A DNA stretch of 64,000 nucleotides from Eutreptiella sp. 'Long Island Sound 2002' (taxonomy: Eukaryota; Protista; Euglenida), in assembly GCA_964036045.1 (NCBI GenBank), contig OZ038379.1:10664001-10728000 (forward strand), given 5' to 3'. The position numbers were made by a program, and so were the translations under genes. Of the stretch, positions 35,501 through 48,891 are shown in pieces. Every line of letters starts with the position of its first letter. Positions within the stretch are counted from its first letter, which is position 1. The notes below the pieces were generated by a model, which was not told where the DNA came from, did not search any database, and saw only the letters and a list, made by a program, of their open reading frames with translations.

Positions 35501-38241
35501 TACGCAGGGCTGTAGAGCAAATATTCCCTGGGCATTCAGTTCGTTTGTTTGTTGTGTCCTGAGGTGCTGAAATCTGCACATCCTTGGGACCCCTTGTTCC
35601 AAGGAGGAAGGGTTGCAGCGCTACAGCATGCACCCAGTCTTGCCACACGCGAACCCCCATCCATTCTCTGGCCTTCGGCCACACTTAGTTGCCCAAGGTA
35701 GAGGAGGTTGGGCCTGAGGCGACCAATTGCGCTGGAGGGAAATTCTGTCAATGGTGCCGCCCCAAGTACCAGCCAGCACACTGACTCAGCCTTTATGGCA
35801 ACCTCCCCCACCCCACCCCAAACATGGGTACCTCACAATGATGGGATACATACATGGCGATCAGTTTGAGGTATGATATGTTGTGATCCACCCAGAGCCC
35901 CTGTGCCCCCTTTCTTTTACTGCTGGGTTAGCTGCGGCTCAGACCGAGCCCCCCCCCTCCCCCCCTGGTGCACTTGGAAAAACCAGTGCATGCACTGCAA
36001 ACCAATCTGTTGATTTGATAGGAATTCCAATGTCCCGCGGCTTGCCACGCAAAATGCATTGCTTGCCGAGGGCTTACATTTGACATGGTATTATGTGGAC
36101 CGCGGTGCGCGTGTGGATGCATGTGGCAGGTTGTGTGCGTACATGCAACCGCTCATGTTCCCACGTGAACCTTCCCGGGCCGGCAGTACAGAGCGCGTGT
36201 GTTCAGTCGGTTCACATTTCCTGTGGGCCTCCAGAGCGGCTCTTTGCCACACCGCACACAGGAGTGCACCGCTTAGAGCAGCACACACGGCGCGCAGAGC
36301 AGCACACACTGTGCGTATAGTGGCACACACTGCGCGTAGAGCGGCACACACACAGCGCGCAGAACATTGCGTTCCGCATGCGCGTGCATATGCTCGACTA
36401 CACACACCTGTTCGCCAGTAAGTCGTATCGTTGCTATGCCCGATGCATGGCAATAGGGATCCCCCGGCCTTTGAAGCCGCTGCATCTTCCAAAGGCACAC
36501 AAGCACTTTGCGAAGCTCCCTGAGCTGCATGTGTATTGTTGGCCAGCAGTGATGAGCTGAGCTTCAGGCCTGGGAGCGCTGGCCACTGAGTGTCAGGTCA
36601 TTGGCTCTCGTCCTCGTCCTATCACACTTCGGGTGCTTCACGAAAGTGGTGATGAGTACTGGTATCCCGAGAAATTGTTCCCATCCCCGCTTCTTTAAGG
36701 GCCATTGGCGACATGTCAGCTCTGCTGAATTGCTTGCCTTTCTTTTTGCTTTTCTTTGCTTTATTTTAAGTACCCTCCCCCGCCCCTGCGAGAGCAATGC
36801 CCTTGTCAGAGCAACGGTACGTGTTGTTTCCGTCAAATTTTGGGACTTCCGTGTTTCTCTCGCAAGGGAGGGGGCCACCACATGGCTAATTTTCTTCCTC
36901 TTGTTCGCACCTTCCTAAATCATGGGTGGGCAGCAGACTGGATTTCAATGGCTACTTTTGCTATTCAGCCAATTTTGATCAGCGACTTTAGCCACCTGCG
37001 AATGTGCACCATCTGGCCGCTTGCAGACAGATATGCACGCAGGGGTGTAACCCCCAGCCCCGGGGCCAAAAGGCGGATTGGGATGCGGAATGGAGAGCTC
37101 CTTTTGATTGGGGGACTGGGGATCACCACCCCCCGAACCAGTGAAAAGTGGTCCCCAGTCCCCCGAGACTCATGTGATGACGATTCCCTCGCCGGTTGAA
37201 GCACCCCCCCCACCAAATCCACCGGGGAGGGGAAGAGTGGGCCGGCGAGGGGATTGTTGGGAGTGAGGGTTTTTCGGGGGGGGTTTCTTTTGTACGGCGA
37301 CCCGGTGTAGAGTGGCAGGATTGGCGTGAACCAACAACGACCACAGTTGCTGGTCGACCTGTGCTGTCTTTGATTCCAGGTGCACTGCAGCCCCAGCAAT
37401 GTCCTTTTGAAATGGTAGAGTAATAAGCTCTGATGTTGATCCACGTGCTGCAACACTGCTTCCCATAATTGTACATATGATACGGGTCCAGCCCCTGGCC
37501 TTCCACTTACGTGCCCTTGCGGTAGTACCTTTGAAGTCCCATGCTGAATCGGTGATGCTTGCCAAATTGGCTGGGGAACATAGACAGGGCCGTGATCATG
37601 ACCAGAAATACAGCAGTTTGATTCGTTTGGCTGAGCTGTGGAGGTGCACACGGTGCAAGGTCCAGCTATCTATGCATATCTATGCACAGGGGTCCGCAGA
37701 CTCTTCCAAGCCGTGTTTCACGATACATGGCACCACCGGTCACGACCGGCAATGCCTGATTTCGTTTTCCGCGGGGCACGGTCGCACGTCCTGCGCCACT
37801 CCAACACAATGCGCCTCACGAACCCTCAGATCCGTTTGAAACTCTTTGGGAACCCAAGGAATGGACAGCACTGAGCACGCGCGACCAGTGCTCACCGCGA
37901 CCAGCCCAGTATTTTCGGCGTATGGTGCCTGGCGCCCAGCGGGACGCGCTATTCTCTGCATTTGGGTGTGTGCTGCCTCTCAGCAGTGCAATCTTCAGAA
38001 CCGCATGGGTGTGCAGCAATGAGCAACGTCCAATTGATTCAGCTGCGTACCAATCATCTCTGGCTGACGTAGTGGGACAGAAATCTGAGACCACGCACCA
38101 CATTCACTGCCACCCTTCATGGCATCGCTTTTCACAGCCACACCGCTGCTGATGGGCGCATTTAATTCACGACCCCTTGTCATTTCCATGAAATGCCCTG
38201 TCCACCACAAACAAACGTTTGGACTGCCATGCGTACTAGTA

Positions 38242-38419
38242 CACCCCCCCCCCCCCCCGGCGAGAGCAACGCCCTTGTCAGAATGATAGCAGGTGTTGTT
38301 TCCGCAATTTTTGGAGCCATGTCCTGCTTTCCCCTTCATAAACACCCCCCACGTCAGAACAACACTCGGTGTTGTTTCCGTTAAATTTTGGGACTTGCTG
38401 CTCTCGCAAGGGCGGGGGT
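38242..38419. mobile_element. Small MITE family member (related copy ~36770-36875)
   Basis: CCCC...GCGAGAG / CTCTCGCAAGGGCGGGGG ends; shared GCCCTTGTCAGA and GTGTTGTTTCCGT.AAATTTTGGGACTT. Confidence 0.5.
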
Positions 38420-39063
38420 TACCCTTTGCCTGCCCTTCCACCTGTCGCAGTTTGCATGTCCATGTTTGTGAGGTGTGAGTGAGATGTGCATCTGGACGGC
38501 CACACCTCTGCTGTGTGTGTCATTGCCGTGGCTTAGGTGCATGCACTGCAAAGTGTACATGAGGGGTACCAGCAGCAGACGATTGGAGCCAGGTCAGCAG
38601 CCACATCCTGTTCCCCCACCCCGGACACTCTCTCCTCCTCTTTTGATTCCCATACGGTCTGGAAAGTGCCCTCTAGGGTTTCTGTAGAAAAGCTGTCTGC
38701 GGCGTTTAACATTTGCCCGGGCTTCTCTTCTGAAATTTTCTCTTGGGCCCTTTGGATTGTACAATCTTGGAGGAGGGGCCCCCTTCACTCTTGGCTCTTA
38801 TTCACCCCGCCTTGAGTCTTCCCCTTGCTGCAATCCCCTGATTCCTTCCCTGTGGCAGCCTACCGCCCGCAGGCTGCACACAACTGAAAGTGGCATGAGC
38901 GCTCGGACTGCGACTTTGTTGCTGATGTACTTCCTCGGCTGCTGGCACCACCACACATTGCAGTCCTTTGATGCAGGCGAAGGCTTGAAAATGCCAAAAC
39001 GTGATGAAGTGTGTACCCCTCGGGGCATCGTTTTGCAAGGAGAACCTTCACGTGCGGCTCAAA

Positions 39064-39959
39064 GGGGGAACGTTAGCGCGCCGGGCATCTTTTGTGACCC
39101 GTGCCCTACCGGTGGACTGTTGCCGTTGATATGTTGGGCAACATTATATGGATTTGCCCCTTGGCCCCCGGGACATCAGCAGATGTTTTGATTTGGGATG
39201 GGTATGGACCTTCTCGTACCGGAGGTGATTTCTTTGATTTCAAAGTTGGGGGCCCTGATGGTGCTTATAAGGGCCGGATTCATGTCATTGTGCCATTCAT
39301 TGGAAGAAAGAATGGCACTTTGACAGCCTGCCAACAATGTTACAATGACGTGCACGGGTGGTATAGGGCACGCATTGAGCAGCTGTTTGCTCGGTTGTGG
39401 CACGCAAGATGAGGCAGAGGATGAGGCAGAAGTGTGTGTGTTGTGTTGCCAAGACGCTCCACCGTCGCAGTTTGTGATGAGTGTAAAGAGCACTATTGTA
39501 CTGAATGTATTGACACCCACACTTGTGGGACCAATGTTATGATGCAGCTCTACTGTTCGCGATACCTCAATAACGCCTATCGCTTCTACTGGAGATCGAT
39601 GCGGTTGTGCTATCCTAACCCCCCATTCTCCCAACTTGCTAAGGTGTTGACCAAGATCGCCCTTAAAGGAGCGAGAGTGGTACTGTGTACCCCAGTTTGC
39701 AAGGTGAGTCTGGGGGCTGGAATGGGCAGAAGCCCCATGGACTATTGGTGAGTCTGGGGGCTGGAATGGGCAGAAGCCCCATGGACTATTGCTCCTTAAT
39801 ATGATTTCCTTCCTGTACCCCAGTTTGCAACTTTCTTGAGCTGGGGCAGTTTGGGTCACCTAATTCTAAGGGTGTTTCCAAGGGGTGTGCTTGGGGGCTC
39901 TTGGGGGGAACATAGTCTAAAAGTAGCGCGCCGGGCGCGCGCCGGGCAAACATTCCCCC
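39064..39959 (+). mobile_element. PIF/Harbinger-like element carrying transposase, B-box-like and methyltransferase fragments
   Basis: TSD AAA/AAA; TIR GGGGGAACGTT / AACATTCCCCC; 39101-39412 WTVAVDMLGNIIWIC...DGAYKG...YRARIEQLFARL. Confidence 0.88.
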
Positions 39960-41359
39960 AAAGACCGTCCCATGTGGTTTACAGGACCAGCTTGCCCTGC
40001 ACCAATGCCTGGGTGCCAGCCAGATGCATGCTACACAAAGGTGCCTCCAACCTGAAGCCGAGACCCAAGCTGAAGCCCAAGGATGGTGTCGCCCGCGCGG
40101 TGCGCGTGGTGCGCACCGTGCATCAGGGTGTGGGCAGTCGTGTGCCTCCGTGACCCCTGTTGCAGGTGGACGCTGCAAGCCACCGTGTCCCTGCGTTTCA
40201 AGTCCTGGGGCCATGTCCTGCAGCAGGGCCCACAGCCCAGGATGCTTGAAATCTGCAGGACGCACGGTGCGCGGGAGGCAGCCGCCATGTCCTCTGGTTT
40301 CCCATGAAACATGACAGCCGCAACGATGCTAACTCTGAATGGCTGCAACTCTGCACCTCTGCATCAGTGCAAAGTTCGGTTTATTTGTGGCTCTGGAGAA
40401 AGGGACACCATGCTTGCGATGCTATGGCTCACAGTTGCGCTTGTATTGTCAATGCTGTACGGGCTGTCCGTCAGCTGCGCCACAGGGGGCGTAGGGACCG
40501 TATTGATCTTGGACCTGAGCATAGCTAGGACAAGGAGGGGGGGCGTACACACACAATCAGTCTTTGCTCCGTGGATTGCCACAGAGCCTTGCCATTTATC
40601 TGAAGGCCTTTCAAGCCTTTTGCCGGGTTGAACGGAGTACCCCTGCCCCTGTTCAAGACACAGAGGGTGTATGTACTGTATGAATGCTGGTCCTGGTTTG
40701 TTGTAGTTGTTTCCCACTGCATAATCTGGTATCGGCCACCACAGCCATTCGTGGGATCATTGTAGAATTGGGCAGCTCTGAACCTTGATCCCGAGAAGTT
40801 ACCATGCAGTGAGCAGGCGACACCAGCTCATCTTGGCCCCCCCCCCCCGAAAAAAAGGCGGTCCCGGTTTGTTCAGGTGGGCGATGACCAGGGCGATGGT
40901 GCTCGGTTTGTGTGCAGTTCCAGTTGTTTTGCTGACTCACAATGGCCCTGTTGTGAGTTGGCAATCCTCCACCCTTGGCCCCCATCCAATTTGTTTTGGG
41001 ATCCAGCATGGCAGCCAGTGGGTTGTTTTGTTCAGGTGCCTTGATGGTACAGGTTTGGCCGCCGCGCACTGGATACGTCCTGTCAAAGATACAGGGCCAT
41101 ATTAATATATATTTGTACGTGCCATATTAATTGGAACTGGTCGTATCTGCAGCGGGTGGTATGAGTACTCATGACAACACAATCCATTGTCATCTTGCAT
41201 CAGAAACAAGGGTCACTGCGGTCTTGCTGGTCCCGAAAGTATGTGGAATGTGATAGATCAGTCGAAGGTGACAGCGCCACCTTCCTTCTGCCCAAACGTC
41301 TCCATGTCCGCACCGGAGCAGCGTGATGTAAGCCGGCATGGGCCTCCACGCAATCCGCA

Positions 41360-41640
41360 TTGCATGGAATGGTGTTGTCGGATGAGAATGCTTGCAGCGG
41401 CATTTGTTCCGTATTTTGTGTGTGCGGCGGTGTCTTTACAAGCGGCACCTGCCGAGCACACATTAATATTCTTCGATGCTTGCGTAATAGGCTCTTGTTG
41501 CTCTTCACCCCTGTGTCTGGGCATTCTGTGCCTGTTGTCTCCCTTGTTCTGAGCAACAACTCTTGGGCACTAATATTGTGGCAAGGAAGCTCTTATTCTA
41601 CCTGCTGTGCGTCCTTGGCACACGTCCTCCCCACAGGACT
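41360..41640 (+). pseudogene. Possible DIRS-type RNase H remnant
   Basis: GVFTSGT..AHINILR.L..LLLLF...ILWQGS resembles ASGTW..HIN.LEL.A..L.F...INRQGG. Confidence 0.3.
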
Positions 41641-43046
41641 CTGTTTGGCTTTGTGGCACTCAGGAACCCGATGTGCAGGTAGAATGGGGGGCATTGGGTT
41701 CAATTTTTGTCTTCCTCCCTTCTTCATATGGACGGTATTTGATCCAGACAAAAGGTGTCCTACCTCTTTTGAGCGGTAGACTGTATGGACTGCTCATGCT
41801 AACGTATGTTAAGGGGGAGGGGGGGGGAGGGGTAAGACATGATGATGCTCAGACCTGAGGCCCGTACACATTATGTATTGCGGCTGATTCTGCATGCATA
41901 CACAGTTGGATACACGAGCTCTTACATGCCCTCGACAGCCCATCGTGACACAGGTGCACCAGGCAGGTATGAGCACGCATGAAAAGGCAACTGGAAACGC
42001 TCCTTGCCATACGGTTGTGCGTGCTCAATGTATCCTCACTGAAGCAACAAGTGGAAATGGCAGGAAAGATCTCAGGATAAACCGGAATTACTGCCGGCGT
42101 TTGGAGTCCAGAGAGGACTGGGCGGTGGTGCTTTTCCCTTTACTTGTAATTTGCACATCTGTTTCTCATCATAAGCCCCACCCGTCAATGCTCCCAGATG
42201 CCTCCCCCTTAGGTCAGCTACGGTCTTGTCTAAGCTGCAGTGGGCGTAGGGACAGTATTAATTTGGCTTATTTGGGACCAAATTTAATTCGGTACCAAAT
42301 GTAGTGCAGCCACATAAGACATGGGTTTGGTGATGGATTTGCCAGTTACGTAGAGTCATGGACACATTTTTTGGGAGTGTTTGCCCCCTTGAACCCGCAT
42401 AGCTCTGATTTTAGGGATATTTCTGCATCATATTCCCCTTACTCATGTGTGTGTCGGTAGTTGTATGTGGTAGGGCCTTGTCTAGGCTACAGTAGGTTGA
42501 GGGTGTGGAGAACGATATCCCACTGTAGCCCCCCCCCCCCCCGTCAAAGCCGCGGGGACATTCAGTCTATAAGAACTGACCGTTGATCCCCTCCAAGCTA
42601 CACCTCAAGAGTTCGGGGTAAGATGATTCGGGCTACAGTACCGAGCTGAGTGATACCCGAAAGCACTGCTGGAGCCTGGCACCAGGAGTGACACGGAGGA
42701 CCAGCAATCATGAAGACGGCATGAGCCGGCAGCAGCACCAAACGGTGCTCATGAACAAGTTGGACACTTCTGAGGAATCGTATGCGCCCAACAGTGCCTT
42801 GTGGGCAACTGGAAGCACCGGCTGACGCCTTGTGGGCACAATACATGAAAAGGACACAGGAGTGATTCTGGGGGGTGAGAACCATTGTCGTTGGGTGGCC
42901 AAGCTGCGCCCGGTCTCAGCCACATGATCTGCGGGGATTTGTGGTGCAATTCTGTGGCGTGGTCATGGTGCTGGTGTTGGGCGTTGGTGTTGCTTGCACC
43001 ATTTCCATAATTATTATGCCAAGGTGTCCCTGTGAGGTGTGTCTAA

Positions 43047-43794
43047 GGGGGCGCCTCAAGCGCAGTGCGCGCGCAGTGCAACTATTTGGGCGTCTGGCCG
43101 TACTAGAGACCCATACTTTGAGATACTAGGGGCCCCTAGGGGCATCATGGTGACCCCTAGTGGAGGTTTTGACTTCTGAATTTGTCCCCCTTTGTTTGGG
43201 GACCCCCGAGAATGCAAGGGTGACGTAGCATTTCCGCCCTCTTTTGGGCCCCAACCTTCCGGTGCTATTGAGGAAAGTGAAGGGACATTGTATGGATTAT
43301 GAGATTGGCTCCATGGATGGTGCATACAAGGGGTGCCTCCATGTGGCATGGCCATTTATCAGTCGAAAGACGTTGACCGAGCGGCAAAAGGAGTACAATG
43401 ATGTTCATGGTTTCTATAGGGCACGCATTGAGCACTTGTTTGCACGCATGTGGCACTGGGGCATCGTAAGGAACATATGGAGGGGATCCGGTACGGAGTT
43501 GCATGAGTACGTGTGTGTACTCTTGCATTTGCAGCAATTTTTGATTCGAAGACAGGTGGAACAGAAAGACAGTTCTGTGTTCTTGAGGGTGGCGACCAAT
43601 GCGCTGTTCATGGCTTTTCCAGTTGTGCATGATGTGTGTTATGTGAAGGGAAGGTAGTTTGCAGCTTTCTTGAGCTAGGGCAGCTTGGGTCACCTAATTC
43701 TAAGGGCGTTTCCAAGGGGTTTGCTTGGGGGCTCTTCGGGGGGAACATAGTCTAAAAGTAGCGCGCAGTGCGCGCGCAGTGCAAAGACTCCCCC
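43047..43794 (+). mobile_element. PIF/Harbinger-like element with transposase C-terminal part
   Basis: TSD TAA/TAA; ends GGGGGCGCC / GACTCCCCC; 43244-43657 DGAYKG...YNDVHGFYRARIEHLFARMWHW. Confidence 0.88.
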
Positions 43795-43889
43795 TAAGAT
43801 ACACCCTCGATGGGGATGCTTTTGCCCGCGGTCCGCCCACCGTGCAAAGTTTTCGTATTCTAGAGATCCCGCGCCACTGTTTTCAACCA

Positions 43890-44900
43890 TGTGCCAGAGT
43901 ATGCTGCACACCCAGCTGACCGCTTTCCCTTTTGGGCACACGAGGAGGAATGCGGCTTTGGTCTGCGGCACTGGCGCAGATACCAGGCCCACTGCCCGAG
44001 AGCCGATCTGCTCCTTTGCGTGGGCCTGATGTTAAAAAACAAAAGGAAGGAACCATCAGTGTGTGGGAAGGCGGTTGTGTTCTACCTGAAGGACACATGA
44101 CTCCATCTTGATTATGAGGCCCCTTTGCAGTGCCCCAGTCTGCCACCCCTGAAGGATCTGAGGACAGCCTCGATCGGCCCCCTGCACACCGAAGTAGAGT
44201 GAGTGGACCTCCAAAGTGTGCATGTACATGTGCTGTCGTTTCGACTCTCTTGCCAATACCGATGGCTTGCATCTTCGGTTGTGGCTGCGCGTTTGGCATT
44301 GCCTTGATCGCAGGCTTCAATCACAGCTGTATGCCACGGCGGTGGCGCAAGTGCCATCAGCGCTTGTGTGTGCGTCGGGCACACTTGGGTGCCTGCGTGT
44401 CACATGGTCGCCGACGGTCCCAGCGAACAGCATACATTGCATGCGAGGAAATCTGTGCTGAATGTGGGAATGCTGTTGAAGCTGATTGGCTGGTCTTCTC
44501 AAGTCAGAAGTGTTTTTCTCTCTTCCTATGACCCTGCTACGGGCAGGTTGGCAGTTGATAGGCAAACGACAGCGGTGGATAGACAACCGATGGCGGTTGG
44601 CGATGGTGCTGCACTACCATACACCCCAGTAACCTGCAGGCCCAATTTTTTGCTTCCTTTTGGGGAACACACATACTTGCGTGGCATTACTGCGCCCTGC
44701 AGCACTGGTGCAGAGACCGGGCAGTTGGCGAGTCACCTACGGCTTGACAGTCTTAAGAATGCTTGGGATTTCCAGTGCCAACTTTGTGGTTGGAATGCGG
44801 GTGTGCTGGACAGGCATGAAACCATCATGATTGGCTGCACCCACCTCGACACTTCACGCTTCAGTGGGCACAGTAACGTGGTCAGCAGACTTGCATCGTC
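43890..44900 (+). pseudogene. Cys/His-rich degenerate coding remnants (TRAF-finger-like)
   Basis: CIFGCGCAF...HSC, CEEICAEC, CQLCGW in several frames with stops. Confidence 0.25.
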
Positions 44901-45032
44901 GTGTAGGTCACTCTGACTGCGCTTCTGATGGAAAGAAAGCATTCACCTTGGCGCCCTCAGTGGAGGCAATGATTCATAGTGGCATGACAGTGGCCCAACC
45001 AGGTGCATTCTGCCTTGTAATTCGATGGTATT

Positions 45033-45768
45033 GGGGGAGCGTTAGTGCGCCGGGCATCTTTTTTGACCCGTGCCCCACCGGTGACCTTATGGGGGGTGCA
45101 CTAAGCGCAGTGTGCGCGCCGGGCAACTATTTGGACATGAAGCCGTCCTAGAACCCCATACTTTGTGATACTATGGGCATTATTGTTGTTTGACAACGGG
45201 TATTTTGATGCTTCTTTCACATTCGGGATATGGTATATTTGGATTCTCACCCAGTTTCACCCATTTTTTGCTCCTTTCCACCACATCCACTCCTTACTAG
45301 GTTGATTTCTCCCCACCATGGGGACCCCAAGAAAGCAGGGGTGATGTAGCCATATTGATTTCTCCCCACCATGGGGACCCCAAGAAGGCGGGGTGATGCA
45401 GCCATTCCGCCTGACTTTGGGCCCCTGACAAGGCAGGGGTAATGTAGCCAATGCTGAGTTTGCGCATCGTTCTTGTGACGTGAGGCAGAAACGCCGTCCA
45501 AACCGCTTGCGGCTTGGGGACTCATTACCATAGCGAAATCTATGGGAAAGGTAAAGGCAAAGTACCGTTTGTTAAGTACAATACACATTACATTTGGAGT
45601 TGTTGAATTCACAGCTATTGCCTAATTATGCAACGTGCTTTGTAGGGAAGGTGCGCAGTCCATCATGGTCTATTTGCGGGGCCTTCTCCATCAGAGGGCA
45701 TGGGGCTGAAGTCGGGATAGTTAATAGAAAGGTAGCGTGCCGGGCGCGCGCCGGGCAAACATTCCCCC
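45033..45768 (+). mobile_element. PIF/Harbinger-like non-autonomous element (second left end at ~45091)
   Basis: TSD ATT/ATT; ends GGGGGAGCGTT / AACATTCCCCC; start matches the 39064 element. Confidence 0.8.
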
Positions 45769-46587
45769 ATTGGCACACACACGACACCCGTTTATCCCCC
45801 AAACGCCCAAGGGCCTGCTGCATGCATTCCGTCCTCTAGTTTTTCTTCAAATGGACTACATTTCGGCAAGTGGGGCTGAACAGCTGGGCAGTTCCCAAAT
45901 TACTGCAACAAACAACATTTTGAAAGTAGTCAAAATGAGAAACCTTTGACAGGAAAGTAAAGATTTGGAGACTATTGTCAGGGTATGATGTCGTCTCTCA
46001 GAGGGGCACTGATACGATGCTTTTGGTGTCCAAACTCTTGCTGATCCATGTTGCCCTTTTCTATCATGGCCACTGGACCTTCAAAGGTTGCAACAGTCCT
46101 TGGTGCGTGGTCCCAGTTCAGCGGGTTCCTCAGGGTCCACCGATACAAACCCAGGGATGGAGTCACGCCGAATTTCTCGTGAAGGCAGGACCACGCATGG
46201 ACTGGGAATTCAATGGATGCAGAAGGTGACGCAAAGCATGCCACAATGCTGGAGGCAGGCAGTGCACAGGACAAGGAACAAGAATCAGGCCCCCCAGGGA
46301 AGAGAAAGCCGCAATGCATCTGTGTCGTTTGTTCCTTTCTTAAGACAGTCTTGTGACCTTGAGTGTGAGTGTCGTGGTTCATCCTTGTTGATTTGCTTTG
46401 ATGTGTTTGTTTTTACTTCCAGAGTGCCACCTCACGGACCTTGCTTTGTGGTGCCCAGACCTACACTTTGTGTGCGGTCGTGGCCGGTGATGGAATGCCC
46501 TGCTGATCAATGTAACCTGGGAGCGGGAATGGAAGTTATACTTGCAATCCCAGTCCCATTCTCAACACAGTGACACTGTGGGGACTC

Positions 46588-46861
46588 AGCTCGGCCTTCA
46601 ATCTTCACTCCGCTGTCTTTTTCAGCCTACAGTCATTGTGCCTCACGCACACTGGGAAGCCTACGGGCGTGGCAGTCTCCCACTGCATAACCTGGTTTCA
46701 GACTCAGCTCATCCTCACTACGTGTCAGATCCGCTACCACAGTCAATTGTGGGATCATCGTAGCACTGGACAGCTCTGAACCTTGATCCCGAGGGGTCAC
46801 CTCGAGTACTGTGAAGTGAGCAGGCTACGCCAGCTCATCTTGGTCTGAGCCAAAAAAAAAA
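46588..46861 (+). mobile_element. SINE-like element with poly(A) and 24-bp TSD (other copies ~15350-15630 and 3' part ~40720-40855)
   Basis: AACACAGTGACACTGTGGGGACTC at 46564-46587 and 46862-46885; ends GGTCTGAGCC-poly(A). Confidence 0.85.
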
Positions 46862-47917
46862 AACACAGTGACACTGTGGGGACTCGCCATTGTCAGGCCT
46901 CGGATACACTTGATTCCAGGGTTGTTCCTGAGCACTTTCACCCCATTTCATGCCAGTCTGGCCTGAATCGCACACTCCGAAAGTCGAGCAAAAACAAAGG
47001 ATCAATCTAACCTTGGAACGCGAATGGAAGTTATACTTGTAATGTAGTCCTCGACAAACTGAGATATTGGATCATGACTTCCCATGGCTCAGCCATGATT
47101 CTGCTCCCTTTCGAGGTTGTATTGTCTGGCGAAGGGACTACAAAGGCACCAAGGGGGGCGCATAACCTCGCCCCCCCATTAATATCACACGCGTGATATT
47201 ATTTTGGTGCGCGGTATTATTTCGTGTGATTTTATTACCAGAGGGGCAGAATGCAGAGGGTTACAATTGGATTGCAGTCTTCGTTATGACCAATTCAGTC
47301 AGGGCGGGCTCCATTTCTCCATGCAGAATCAAGTGTGGCACGGAACCTTTTGTAAGCCACCCCTAATTGGACAATGACCATCAGGCTCTACCACAATTGT
47401 GCCCCCCCCCCCCCCCAAAAGGGGGACCATGTGTGTGTGACATGTACGAGGTACCGTGTGTGTTGCCTGCAAAGGCCCGACTTTTTCCTAAGAAAATGGT
47501 CCACGCACGTTGCCTTGGCAGTTGGGGTGTGGCTATGCAGACCAGGGCAACACGGTGCGAGCATTGTCCACTTGCCGGTTTGGTGGTGAGACTTTGCCTG
47601 ATCGCTGGGTCTTGCAATGACGTTGAGTAAGTTGCCGTTATGCAAGATCTTGGGGTTGTCTGCACTGCATGTGCCATACCGCACACACCTTTTAGTCCGC
47701 TGCCAGCCCATGGCATCCTCAGACAATTTGGCATCTGGTTGCGGCATGGTAAGCAATCCCATGCACTGCCCGTCGGCATTCGTTGCTGTAATGCACGATG
47801 CTGCCGGCCGGACTGTGTCATGTGTTAAGTACTGTCCCTCCCCGTTGTGCAAAGCACTGCTTTGTCCAAGTGTATGATCCTGTGAGACGATGTCTTTTTT
47901 ACTCTCCATCATTCTAG

Positions 47918-47984
47918 ATCTGTTTGCCCCCCTATGCTCAGAAGGCGTGGTGTCCACCAGCCGCCCATTGTGCTCTGCCAGGCC
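47918..47984 (+). CDS. Candidate 67-bp exon
   Basis: Pyrimidine tract TCTTTTTTACTCTCCATCATTCTAG| and donor |GTAAGC; splice signals only, frame unknown. Confidence 0.2.
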
Positions 47985-48099
47985 GTAAGCCTGTTCATTG
48001 ATGTATGGCTCAAGAGTATCGGTTCTCGTTCTGGTGACATTTCATTCAGCTGCACACATAGAACAGCAAGCTGAGACCAAAGGCTGCAAAGAGCGGAAC

Positions 48100-48103
<4 letters not shown>

Positions 48104-48150
<47 letters not shown>
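48104..48150. repeat. (TC)n microsatellite
   Basis: Uninterrupted TC run. Confidence 0.95.
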
Positions 48151-48154
<4 letters not shown>

Positions 48155-48891
48155 CGCTCACTCGCTCTTTGACTCACACACTCTGTCACTCTCTCTCGCT
48201 GCAGAAGCAATCAGCAGTGCGGGCATGAAGTAGTAACAACCGGCCAATGCACAGTGCGTTCCAGCCTCAATTGGCTGTCCAACCCCTGACCCCTTTGTTC
48301 AACGAACAGTAGGGGTAAATGGTGCCTGGGGACTATCTGTGACAAAGTGTGTTGGCGCATGCAGCGCCCTATCTGCGCTGCCATCTGTGTTGGGCCTTTG
48401 CTGCCCTGCAGAGGTTCCAACACGTGACGGCCGTTGTCAGTCTCATGGCCACATGCAATGATTGTCCAAGGAACAGGCCCACAGGTGGTGTATGAACGGT
48501 ATGAGTTTGGCACCAGTCTGGTCTACATTCTCGGGTCTCTCATTTCACGCGCAACGTACGCCCTGTTTCAGATACGCGCGGGCGTATGGACCGTATGTAT
48601 TGGGGATCTGGCCATACCTTGGACATTGGTGAGCGGTGCAAACAGCAGTTTGCCTCTGGCTGCAGGAAGGAAGTGCGAGGGATCAACTTACTACAACTTT
48701 AGATGTCAACTGAACGCCAGTCTCTTCAGTTTTATCTTCTTTGGGGTGTAGGCCTGGAAGCTTCCCGCCGCATTTTCCAGATTGGGCTTGGTAGCATACA
48801 AATGACCGAGACCGGTACTGACGATATGCTAAGCAATTGATGCGTGCACCAGGAGGGATTCGCCGTAAACACGACTCTGTGGAGCGATCCC

